Sequence record: MH845412.1
Strand: one strand, 5' to 3'
Length of the DNA stretch: 47,666 nt
DNA from: Cronobacter phage CS01
The notes beneath the pieces were generated by a model. It saw only the letters and a list, made by a program, of their open reading frames with translations. It was not told the origin of the DNA and ran no database searches. Both the position numbers and the translations under genes were made by a program. Shown in pieces: positions 28,561-36,054 of this stretch. The first letter of the stretch is position 1, and each line of letters starts with the position of its first letter.

Positions 28561-28822
28561 GCGGCGTTTTTGCTCAAAATTTGACCGATTTTGTTCAAAG
28601 GATGATTTTGTATGCTCGTGAACTTTGTGTACAGGTGATGCTAACAGGTCAGAAAGTGACCAACTCTCGACAACTTTTTTCCTCAATCCTCTTGACATGC
28701 TCGCATTATTCAATCTCTCCATCATCCCTCATCAAAAGTGTCGCAGTGACACAATTCAGCGCGAACAATGCGATCAACTAATCCAGTAACCAAAATTTAA
28801 CCAGCAAGAGAATATCCATTAA

Positions 28823-28866
28823 ATAGCACTTTTTGCACATACACGATCCCGTTCAGAGTGTTATGC
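28823..28866 (+). promoter_or_regulatory. weak marbox-like box upstream of rightward early genes
   Basis: ATAGCACTTTTTGCACATAC-N18-TTATGC; 10/14. Confidence 0.35.
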
Positions 28867-28898
28867 TTGAGACTCACCAACCAATGAGGATTTGAGGA

Positions 28899-29195
28899 AT
28901 GGAACAGAACGTGAAGAAGATTGACATGGCAACGGCGCAAGCCATTGTGAGCGATATGCAGATGATAAAGATGCTTTGCGTTCAGGCTCAAAGCTATTCC
29001 GACTGCCTGGGCACGCTTAAGTTCCGGTATCAATCTGTCAGCGTTGACCTGGAGATTTTCCCGGAACATATCTCGGAGTTGTGGGATTGGCCGCTTTCAG
29101 CCTCCAGCCTAGAGCAATTCCACACGCGAGCGCTTCGCTTTGCCAGAATGGCCGAGGCTCATGCGATCTGGCTTGCTACCAACGTGGAGGGCTGA
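28899..29195 (+). CDS. hypothetical early protein
   Basis: 98 aa ORF, GAGG upstream. Confidence 0.7.
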   Translation: MEQNVKKIDMATAQAIVSDMQMIKMLCVQAQSYSDCLGTLKFRYQSVSVDLEIFPEHISELWDWPLSASSLEQFHTRALRFARMAEAHAIWLATNVEG

Positions 29196-29198
29196 TTG

Positions 29199-29483
29199 AT
29201 GGATATCGCAACACGTAAGGCTATTGGCGAAAGCCTTTATTGTCTGGATCGCATTGATGACCTGGAAGGGATGGTGCTTCGCGGTCTTACCATAGGAAAG
29301 GCAAAATCCATGTACCGAGGGCAACTGTCTGGAATTAACCTTTCACTTCTGCCTGAGTTCATAGCCAGCAAAAGTGAGATGGCGCTTTATGCGGACAACC
29401 GGCAGCAGTTTCTTGCGCGGGCAAAGGTTTTTTGCGTCATGGCTTCGGCTTACTTAAACTGGCGAATTGATGAGGATTTTTGA
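29199..29483 (+). CDS. hypothetical
   Basis: MDIATRKAIGESLYCLDRIDD; tightly spaced. Confidence 0.65.
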   Translation: MDIATRKAIGESLYCLDRIDDLEGMVLRGLTIGKAKSMYRGQLSGINLSLLPEFIASKSEMALYADNRQQFLARAKVFCVMASAYLNWRIDEDF

Positions 29484-29485
29484 TA

Positions 29486-29779
29486 ATGCGGATTAGCTCC
29501 GGACTGCGCAACTGCGCGCTTAATCGCGGTATGAAGCTTTGGGTATCCAAAAAGGATGGGTTTGAGGTTGTCAACCTTTACGATCTGAGAGATGACCGAC
29601 TCATTTGCAACTGGAACAAGTACGGTGACGGATCGCTTATTCCGGCCATTAACAAAAAGCTGTCGGCGGAATTTGGTTTCCATACCTGCATGATCAGGAA
29701 CGAGGTCATTATGCAGGGCGTGCTGGATGCCATCGCTCATGATATTGGCCTGCGGAAAATCGTTTATGGCAAGGCGTAG
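29486..29779 (+). CDS. hypothetical
   Basis: MRISSGLRNCALNRGM. Confidence 0.6.
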   Translation: MRISSGLRNCALNRGMKLWVSKKDGFEVVNLYDLRDDRLICNWNKYGDGSLIPAINKKLSAEFGFHTCMIRNEVIMQGVLDAIAHDIGLRKIVYGKA

Positions 29780-30005
29780 AAGGAAGCCGGAGCCGGTTTG
29801 TCGTTGCGGTGCCTATGATTTCCCTCACCGGTTTGGTGGGGGAAGATGCAACGGCCTGGGTATCGTGATGCACAACGTTGGCGGGTCGTGCTGCTCAACG
29901 TGCAATCTGATGTGCGATGGTTGCCAGGTTGTTTCCGGTCAGGAACATCCGCGAGAGTGTTACTACGTCCAGGACTTCGCCGCGTCGTGGGAGATTAAAA
30001 TTTAG
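29766..30005 (+). CDS. cysteine-rich (zinc-binding-like) hypothetical
   Basis: CRCGAYDFPHR...CCSTCNLMCDGC. Confidence 0.6.
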   Translation: MARRRRKPEPVCRCGAYDFPHRFGGGRCNGLGIVMHNVGGSCCSTCNLMCDGCQVVSGQEHPRECYYVQDFAASWEIKI

Positions 30006-30007
30006 TC

Positions 30008-30051
30008 GCCGCACAAAAAGCTAAAACGTGATCCGGCATTTGTGGCAATAT
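30008..30051 (+). promoter_or_regulatory. marbox-like box plus -10 (CAATAT), 18 bp apart
   Basis: GCCGCACAAAAAGCTAAAAC-N18-CAATAT; 12/14. Confidence 0.55.
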
Positions 30052-30082
30052 GAACTTAAACCAACCAATAGAGGGAAAAGGA

Positions 30083-30310
30083 ATGCACGTTAAGACCATT
30101 AACATTATCGGATGTCTCAAAAAGAAAGGGCGCATTATCGTTAAGCTGGCGAATTACCATGGCGTTCGCCAGATCGTAATCAGCCGCCGCGCCAATGGAA
30201 ACTATGTTGTTGGCAAAGAGCCGGGCAGCGCATTAACCAGTGCGACGGAAAGAGATGTTGAAAGCATGATTGACAGCCTGCATATGTTTATCGAGCGCTG
30301 GCATTCCTGA
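30083..30310 (+). CDS. hypothetical
   Basis: MHVKTINIIGCLKKKGRIIVKLANYHG, AAAGG upstream. Confidence 0.6.
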   Translation: MHVKTINIIGCLKKKGRIIVKLANYHGVRQIVISRRANGNYVVGKEPGSALTSATERDVESMIDSLHMFIERWHS

Positions 30311-30364
30311 GCGGTAAACCCACAAGGGCGGATGTTGCGCGCCGCCCTCAAATTTGAGGTGATT

Positions 30365-30481
30365 ATGAATAAGTTCCTGCAATACACGTACCGGATCGTG
30401 ATGGATGAGATGTTTGTTTTTCATCTGCGCCTGGCGCTGTTGTTGTGGTTGGCCCTTCTGGCGGTGGATTTCTTCCGATGA
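30365..30481 (+). CDS. 38-aa single-TM microprotein missing from ORF track
   Basis: MNKFLQYTYRIVMDEMFVFHLRLALLLWLALLAVDFFR, GAGG upstream. Confidence 0.5.
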   Translation: MNKFLQYTYRIVMDEMFVFHLRLALLLWLALLAVDFFR

Positions 30482-30597
30482 AAACATGGCGTAAAATTGC
30501 TGCGGCGATAGCCATTATCGCTATTGCTGCGTATTTGCTGGTGCCAGGGTTTGTGTTTTATTTCCTGGTAATAGAAACGTTAAGGAGTTGCAAATAA
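30478..30597 (+). CDS. 39-aa single-TM microprotein missing from ORF track
   Basis: MKTWRKIAAAIAIIAIAAYLLVPGFVFYFLVIETLRSCK, ATGA and TAATG overlaps with neighbours. Confidence 0.5.
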   Translation: MKTWRKIAAAIAIIAIAAYLLVPGFVFYFLVIETLRSCK

Positions 30598-30851
30598 TGT
30601 GTGAAAAACATGATGACGAATTTTTCTTTCGTCTGCATCAGGCCGAAGAAGCTGGTTTAAACCAGGAGTGGGCGTTAAAGGTAGCATACCTTGAGGTAAC
30701 GCTTGATGAAGCTCTCGGCGCTATGGATATGGAAGCAGAAAGCGAGTTCGATCCGAACTTCGTGATGTGCGATGGCGTTATTGATGCCGACGATGGTTAT
30801 GATTGCGGTTGTCGTGGCGGGGATGCGTGCTGCGAATGTATGCCGTTTTGA
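30597..30851 (+). CDS. acidic cysteine-rich hypothetical
   Basis: MCEKHDDEFFFRLHQAEE...CDGVIDADDGYDCGCRGGDACCECMPF. Confidence 0.6.
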   Translation: MCEKHDDEFFFRLHQAEEAGLNQEWALKVAYLEVTLDEALGAMDMEAESEFDPNFVMCDGVIDADDGYDCGCRGGDACCECMPF

Positions 30852-30858
30852 GGTGATT

Positions 30859-31092
30859 ATGAGCAAGCCAAAGGTAAAGCCAATCCGCGCCGACCAGATC
30901 AAAAACGGCGACTGGATTTTTGTACCGGTCAGAGGTGGCGGACTCTCTAAAAAGCCCTGGTATGTCGCCGCAGCAAGACGCCAGCGCATTCTCGGGCACA
31001 TTGAAATTTTCGTCCTGCATGGCGAAAGATATGACAAGCCATCGCAACGGCTTCCGGTTTATGAATCTGAAAAAATTTTTAAGGTGATCTGA
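30859..31092 (+). CDS. hypothetical
   Basis: MSKPKVKPIRADQIKNGDWIFVPVRGGG. Confidence 0.6.
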   Translation: MSKPKVKPIRADQIKNGDWIFVPVRGGGLSKKPWYVAAARRQRILGHIEIFVLHGERYDKPSQRLPVYESEKIFKVI

Positions 31093-31790
31093 TGCTTGTA
31101 TTCTCTCTTTTTGACGGCTCCGGCTATTCAGCCTATGAGCAAGCACGCCTCGGCCATCAAGTGATCTGCTTTAACGCGGAGAGCGCCGACCACGGAAGCT
31201 ATGAGTCTGTGCGTATTCATCACGAAAACATCCAGTATGTTGACGTCTGGATTGATGAGGAATTTCTGGCTTCTGCCCGTAAAGGCAAATGGGGGAATCC
31301 TGACTTCGTGATGGCATTCCCTCCCTGCACCGACCTGGCGGGTAGCGGGTCTCGCCATTGGGCCAAGAAGTCAGAGGCTGACCCGGAATTTCAGATTAAG
31401 GCCGCGCAGACCTGCAAAATTGCCGCGCTCATTGCCGATCACTTTGGTGCGCCGTACTGCATCGAAAACCCTGTCGGCAGGCTGTCAACGCTCTGGCGAA
31501 AGCCTGACTACATTTTCAACCCGTGTGACTATGGCGGCTGGATTCGCGCCGATGAGTTCGAGCATCCGGCTTTCCCTGAAATCATCCCGGCGCGCGATGC
31601 CTATAAGAAAAAAACCTGCATCTGGACAGGTAACGGATACGTGCATCCTCACCCGCTATCAGTTCCGGTGCCGAGCGAAGAAAACCCTGGATGGAAAAAT
31701 CTCGGCGGCAAGTCGGCAAAGACAAAGCTGATCCGCTCGCTTACACCTCGCGGCTTCGCTCGCGCCGTTGCGCTGGCAAACTCACGATAG
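31092..31790 (+). CDS. C5-cytosine methyltransferase-like protein
   Basis: FSLFDGSGYSAYEQARLGH motif I-like, AFPPCTDLAGSG motif IV-like, YCIENPVG motif VI-like. Confidence 0.65.
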   Translation: MLVFSLFDGSGYSAYEQARLGHQVICFNAESADHGSYESVRIHHENIQYVDVWIDEEFLASARKGKWGNPDFVMAFPPCTDLAGSGSRHWAKKSEADPEFQIKAAQTCKIAALIADHFGAPYCIENPVGRLSTLWRKPDYIFNPCDYGGWIRADEFEHPAFPEIIPARDAYKKKTCIWTGNGYVHPHPLSVPVPSEENPGWKNLGGKSAKTKLIRSLTPRGFARAVALANSR

Positions 31791-31830
31791 CATTTTTTGT
31801 TAAAACTACCCGGCCTCGGTCGGGTATTAT
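31787..31830 (+). promoter_or_regulatory. marbox-like box plus hairpin plus -10 (TATTAT), 18 bp apart
   Basis: ATAGCATTTTTTGTTAAAAC-N18-TATTAT; 12/14; spacer hairpin ACCCGgcctcggtCGGGT. Confidence 0.6.
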
Positions 31831-31876
31831 TTTTTTCAGAGGCGGCGCGGTGCCGCGAATGAATGAGGGTAAGACG

Positions 31877-32065
31877 ATGAACACATACGACCTGACCACT
31901 AAAAATGTACCAGATTTCGAGGTGGTGGAAAACGGCCCGGACTCTACCGATTACGTTGTCGCAACTGTCAAAGGAGAGACTGCCGCACGCCTGCGCGCTT
32001 CGTCCTTCCAGGATCGAAACGGTTACTTGGGCTACGGCTACGTCATCCGCCAGGTTGCGGAATAA
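31877..32065 (+). CDS. hypothetical
   Basis: MNTYDLTTKNVPDFEVVENG. Confidence 0.6.
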   Translation: MNTYDLTTKNVPDFEVVENGPDSTDYVVATVKGETAARLRASSFQDRNGYLGYGYVIRQVAE

Positions 32066-32106
32066 CCAATCCGCCCCGGCAACGGGGCATTATCTGAGGT
32101 GATAAA

Positions 32107-32520
32107 ATGTCCAAATCTTTTTACGCTAAATGCACATCCGAGAATGAAAATTCAAGATATGAATATGGCCGCCTGTATCGAATCGTAGAGGGTCGTGATG
32201 GAAAGCTATCCATCTGCATTGGAAGGGATAAATTTTCTGCCAGCGTTAACGACTCGGGCCTTATTTTCGATTATGAATATCCATCTGCGAGATTCACCGA
32301 AATTGAGACGCGAACAATCAAGTGCGTCCAGGTGAAGCATCACATTCCTGGCAAAAAATCTTTTACCGAAGGCAAGCGCTACCGGATCGAGAAGGGGCGC
32401 GCTCTTGGAGCGGTCGGAGGCATTGTTTTCGACAATGATGGATACCCGTGGAACCTTTATCGTGATGAATTAGGTTTCTCCTGCGCCGACACGTACTATT
32501 TCGAGGCCAAATATTTTTGA
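32107..32520 (+). CDS. hypothetical, apparent internal duplication
   Basis: 137 aa; AKCTSEN...YGRLYRIVEG and IKCVQV...EGKRYRIEKG halves. Confidence 0.65.
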   Translation: MSKSFYAKCTSENENSRYEYGRLYRIVEGRDGKLSICIGRDKFSASVNDSGLIFDYEYPSARFTEIETRTIKCVQVKHHIPGKKSFTEGKRYRIEKGRALGAVGGIVFDNDGYPWNLYRDELGFSCADTYYFEAKYF

Positions 32521-32569
32521 TGAACTGGCGGCCATGCCGCCTTTTTATTTTTCCCGACTGCCGAATCCG

Positions 32570-32613
32570 ATAGCACGAAAGGCTAAAAAAAATTAAGATA
32601 TCGGATCTACAAT
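32570..32613 (+). promoter_or_regulatory. marbox-like box plus -10 (TACAAT), 18 bp apart
   Basis: ATAGCACGAAAGGCTAAAAA-N18-TACAAT; 13/14. Confidence 0.7.
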
Positions 32614-32639
32614 GCGGGCAACAAAGGAGATCGCATTAA

Positions 32640-34223
32640 ATGTTTGATGATTTCAACACCAACAAATTAACCCCTCAGCAAATTATCGCCGCCGCTGAAT
32701 CGCAGGGCGTCTCTCCGGTGCGCGTTTCAATCATGGCGAACGGCTATCGCCAGTCGTCAAGTTTCTGGAACAACGTTGAGGATATCAACACTGGATCTGA
32801 CAAATACCCTGTCATCTCTCTCGGAAATGATATTGACGTTGTAGGGAAGCTGGCGCGCAACATGGCTAAATCAGTGCAATTCCCGGAGTCGTCGGCTTAT
32901 GCTCACTTCCTCGGCTGCATATCCGCCGCCATGCTCGGCAAGTTCACCGTCGAGTATCACGGCACCGACCAGCCAACTGCGCTTTACGTTGTAACCAGTC
33001 AGCCACCATCAACGGGTAAATCGGCCATCAACTCACTGGCGATTGCGCCGATGATTGCAGAGGTTGAGCGCATCAATGAGGCACGCAAGAAGCAACGCAA
33101 AACGGTGCTGGCTAAGCTTTCAGCGCTGAATAAAGAGATGAAGCTTGAGAAGTCATCTACTGAGATGGCCGCGCTCTTTGAGCAAAAAGAGGAACTTGAG
33201 GAAAAGCTTCAAAAGATGGGGGATATCGTTTTTCCGGTATCAGACACGACGCCGGAAGGTCTGGCGAAAATCAACAATCGCCAGGGTAACTTTGCTGTTA
33301 TTTCCGATGAGGCGACCAGTATCAACAGCCTTCTCGGTCTGACCTATGCCAATAGTGAGCGCAAAACAAACAGCGAACTGGTGCTCAAGGCGTGGGATGC
33401 CGGATATGTCTCCATTGCCCGCGCCAATGCGGACAACAACATGTCATTCCAGGCGCTCGGCGCGATGGCGGTAATCGCCCAGGATGAAACTATCAACGGG
33501 ATCATGGAAGCCGGGTCACGCGGTATCGGTGTATCGGAACGTTTCTTGCTGGTGCGTGAAGAAAGCTATCTTGGCCGCCGTAGCTTTGTGGATGAGAGCG
33601 GCGAGTCAACGTATTGCCCGGTTGATAATGAGTTAAAGGCTCAATATTTCACGCTCGTTCACAACATCATGGCAGAGCAAAACGTGAAGCTTACTGTCAG
33701 CAAATCTGCCATGCGATGCCTAAACCTTGCGCGTCAGGAGATGGAACCACACCTGGCAGATGGTGGGAAATATTCTCACACGATGTTGCGCGGCGCGCTC
33801 GGTAAGATGGATAAGCAGGTCATTCGACTGGCAGCGGTTGTGCATGTGATCCGCAATTGGTTTAACCCGAAAGGCAACCCGCAAAAGTCTCGTGAAATCG
33901 ACGTCGAGACGATGCAGGAAGCGCTGGTGATGTTTAACGAGTTAAGCAAGACCTACATCAGCGCGGCCAACGCTTCCGGCCATGCTGGTGACGATGCCGA
34001 GATGAGCAAACTGATTGACATCATCAGCCGCCACGGCAAGGCCAATAAGGGGATGCTCAGTGTACGGGCGCTGTATGAGGCCGCGAGGAAGGTTAAGCCG
34101 TTTACCGGGCAGGCTGGCGTCATGCGCAGGCTTGAGAATGACCTTCTGCCGATGCTTGAGGAGCGTAACTATATTTGCGTTATCAACACGACGATATTCA
34201 TTAATCCGATGCTGATAGGTTAA
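32640..34223 (+). CDS. DUF3987-like P-loop protein (replicative primase/helicase-like)
   Basis: VVTSQPPSTGKSAINSL Walker A; FAVISDEATSINSLLGL. Confidence 0.7.
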   Translation: MFDDFNTNKLTPQQIIAAAESQGVSPVRVSIMANGYRQSSSFWNNVEDINTGSDKYPVISLGNDIDVVGKLARNMAKSVQFPESSAYAHFLGCISAAMLGKFTVEYHGTDQPTALYVVTSQPPSTGKSAINSLAIAPMIAEVERINEARKKQRKTVLAKLSALNKEMKLEKSSTEMAALFEQKEELEEKLQKMGDIVFPVSDTTPEGLAKINNRQGNFAVISDEATSINSLLGLTYANSERKTNSELVLKAWDAGYVSIARANADNNMSFQALGAMAVIAQDETINGIMEAGSRGIGVSERFLLVREESYLGRRSFVDESGESTYCPVDNELKAQYFTLVHNIMAEQNVKLTVSKSAMRCLNLARQEMEPHLADGGKYSHTMLRGALGKMDKQVIRLAAVVHVIRNWFNPKGNPQKSREIDVETMQEALVMFNELSKTYISAANASGHAGDDAEMSKLIDIISRHGKANKGMLSVRALYEAARKVKPFTGQAGVMRRLENDLLPMLEERNYICVINTTIFINPMLIG

Positions 34224-34227
34224 CGAA

Positions 34228-34617
34228 ATGTTTCTTCTCGATCTGTATCGCTGGTGTGAGTCATGGAACAGATTCAACCGCCAACAACTCGCCAAATTCG
34301 TCTTTGATCACAGGGAGTGTGATCGACTTTCGCGCGCTGCCAATACCGACCGTCGCACTTTCGCCTCTATGGTTTCGCGTGAGTTTTTCGGCAGGATGGC
34401 AACTGCCGGATATCTGGATATCAAAGATAGATATGCAATCGCCAGGCCATCGCGTCGGCCATTCTGTTTTGAGCTTTACAGCCTTGAGGGGATGAAGAAC
34501 GAATATATCAGGGAGATGATGAACATAGGGGATATGAGTGATGATGAGCTATTCGGCGTCGCAAGCGCTAATAGACGAAGTTATGAAGCATTGCGCCGTA
34601 AATTCAATCTCGCATGA
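34228..34617 (+). CDS. hypothetical
   Basis: 129 aa ORF following DUF3987-like gene. Confidence 0.55.
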   Translation: MFLLDLYRWCESWNRFNRQQLAKFVFDHRECDRLSRAANTDRRTFASMVSREFFGRMATAGYLDIKDRYAIARPSRRPFCFELYSLEGMKNEYIREMMNIGDMSDDELFGVASANRRSYEALRRKFNLA

Positions 34618-34738
34618 CCAGTTTATTTATGCCCTGCTGGTGTTGCTCAGGGCGGATATGAAGGCTTTCGGCGATAGCGAGCACAACTTGCATGATGAAG
34701 ATGGAGTGTTGCTTGTGCATGTCAAGTTGATGGAATAA
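34538..34738 (+). CDS. hypothetical
   Basis: 66 aa ORF overlapping upstream gene; start uncertain. Confidence 0.45.
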   Translation: MMMSYSASQALIDEVMKHCAVNSISHDQFIYALLVLLRADMKAFGDSEHNLHDEDGVLLVHVKLME

Positions 34739-34740
34739 GA

Positions 34741-34766
34741 AAAGGCCCGTTATTGGGCCTTTTTTC
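34741..34766. terminator. bidirectional terminator between convergent genes
   Basis: AAAAGGCCCgttattGGGCCTTTTTT. Confidence 0.8.
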
Positions 34767-35160
34767 TTTTCGCCAGCCAGCCAAAGAGAAGCGGGATAAA
34801 TATGACCGAGAATATCGCCGCCACCGCCACCGCCGCCGTTATCCATCCTGAATCCGAGTTCAGGATCTCAATCTTGTCTGCGGTGATTGTCTGTGCCTGG
34901 ATACTGCTGGCGCTAACCTTCTTACGACTCGACGTGTCTACCGCGCCGACTGATGAGCCTTTTATGCTGGTGTCCTGCTGGGTGCTTGAGTCGCTCTTGG
35001 CGGTCACGCCTACCGTTTGCTTAACGTTCTCTTGCCCGGCCTGCGCCGTGATATCCGGCTTACTCCCGATTAAACCGGTCAGCGCAGACGTTGCAGAACA
35101 TCCAGAAACCAGGGCGGCCAGTATAAGAACCGCCAGGATTTTCTTTCTGAATTTAATCAT
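34750..35160 (-). CDS. putative unimolecular spanin (T1 gp11-like)
   Basis: N-terminal signal with lipobox LVSGC, periplasmic coil, C-terminal TM WITAAVAVAAIFSVIFIPLLFGW; next to lysozyme. Confidence 0.75.
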   Translation of the reverse strand: MIKFRKKILAVLILAALVSGCSATSALTGLIGSKPDITAQAGQENVKQTVGVTAKSDSSTQQDTSIKGSSVGAVDTSSRKKVSASSIQAQTITADKIEILNSDSGWITAAVAVAAIFSVIFIPLLFGWLAKRKKAQ

Positions 35161-35666
35161 TTCAGATCCTTAACGCACATTTTGTGTTCTTCTTTGCGGC
35201 GATTGTTGAGGCCATTGCTAACAACTTTCACCTTCTTCTTGACGCCGTTTTTCACCTGAGTCTTGGTGATCTTGTTCCAGACTAAAAGCCAGTCGCAACC
35301 CTCCCGCAGCTTTCCCTGGTTAATCATCTTAAGAGCGGTCGAGTTGCGGAAAGCGCTCGCGCCAACGTTGAACGTGAAGCTGTAGAGCGAGGCGCGCATA
35401 CTGTCCGGGATCTCAACCTTAACGGAAGAATCAACAGCCTTTGCCGCCTTCTCGATGTGCTTATTCAGCAATGCCCGGCACTCTCTCGGCGAGTAAGTTT
35501 TTCCTGGAACCACGTCGGGGCCGGTAATTCCATTGCAGACGGTGAGAACACCAGCGACGTCATAATACGGCGTGTACTTGGTGCCCTCAACCATTTCGAT
35601 TAGCGGCGCTGCCAGCGCGATAGCGCCAGCAATAACGCCAGTAACTGCTACTTTTCTGATGCTCAT
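35157..35666 (-). CDS. lysozyme, GH24 family, likely SAR endolysin
   Basis: MSIRKVAVTGVIAGAIALAAPLIEMVEGTKYTPYYDVAGVLTVCNGITG; N-terminal weakly hydrophobic segment and E-D-T catalytic pattern. Confidence 0.88.
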   Translation of the reverse strand: MSIRKVAVTGVIAGAIALAAPLIEMVEGTKYTPYYDVAGVLTVCNGITGPDVVPGKTYSPRECRALLNKHIEKAAKAVDSSVKVEIPDSMRASLYSFTFNVGASAFRNSTALKMINQGKLREGCDWLLVWNKITKTQVKNGVKKKVKVVSNGLNNRRKEEHKMCVKDLK

Positions 35667-35905
35667 TAATTTTTGCTCCTGATCCGAATTGCTTCCTCAA
35701 TTGCCCCGCGCTCAAGCGCCTCATGAAGCGCCTTGCTATCCTTATGGCGCAGATAAGTGCCGTAGGCGGCAAAGGCAATCATAAAAGCGGCACTGATTAT
35801 CGCCACGATTAACTCACCACTTAATGCGGAGAAAATCGAAGCGCCACCGAAGCCGCCGACACTCTGATTAATGACGCCGTGATTTAAAAATTCTTTCATG
35901 GTCAA
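35666..35905 (-). CDS. holin-like
   Basis: 79 aa, hydrophobic ELIVAIISAAFMIAFAAYGTYL, charged C-terminus, position. Confidence 0.65.
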   Translation of the reverse strand: MTMKEFLNHGVINQSVGGFGGASIFSALSGELIVAIISAAFMIAFAAYGTYLRHKDSKALHEALERGAIEEAIRIRSKN

Positions 35906-35967
35906 ACCTTATTAGCTTAATTTTGTCAATGGGAGTATCGCGAATACTAACCACAAAAGGCCAATAT

Positions 35968-35996
35968 TGAAACAAAAAAAAGAGCGCCCAATATGG
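35968..35996 (-). terminator. rho-independent terminator after metallophosphoesterase gene
   Basis: minus strand AGAGCGTCCATATTGGGCGCTCTTTTTTTTG. Confidence 0.75.
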
Positions 35997-36054
35997 ACGC
36001 TCTCTATAAGCCTTTGTTACCAAAGGGTTAACTATTTAAAGAAAAGTTTATTTT

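Noticed and set aside
28823-28842. Box copy upstream of the rightward early genes as a full marbox
   Set aside because: Only 10/14 defined positions fit and the -10 is TTATGC; kept as a weak member, not used to support the consensus.
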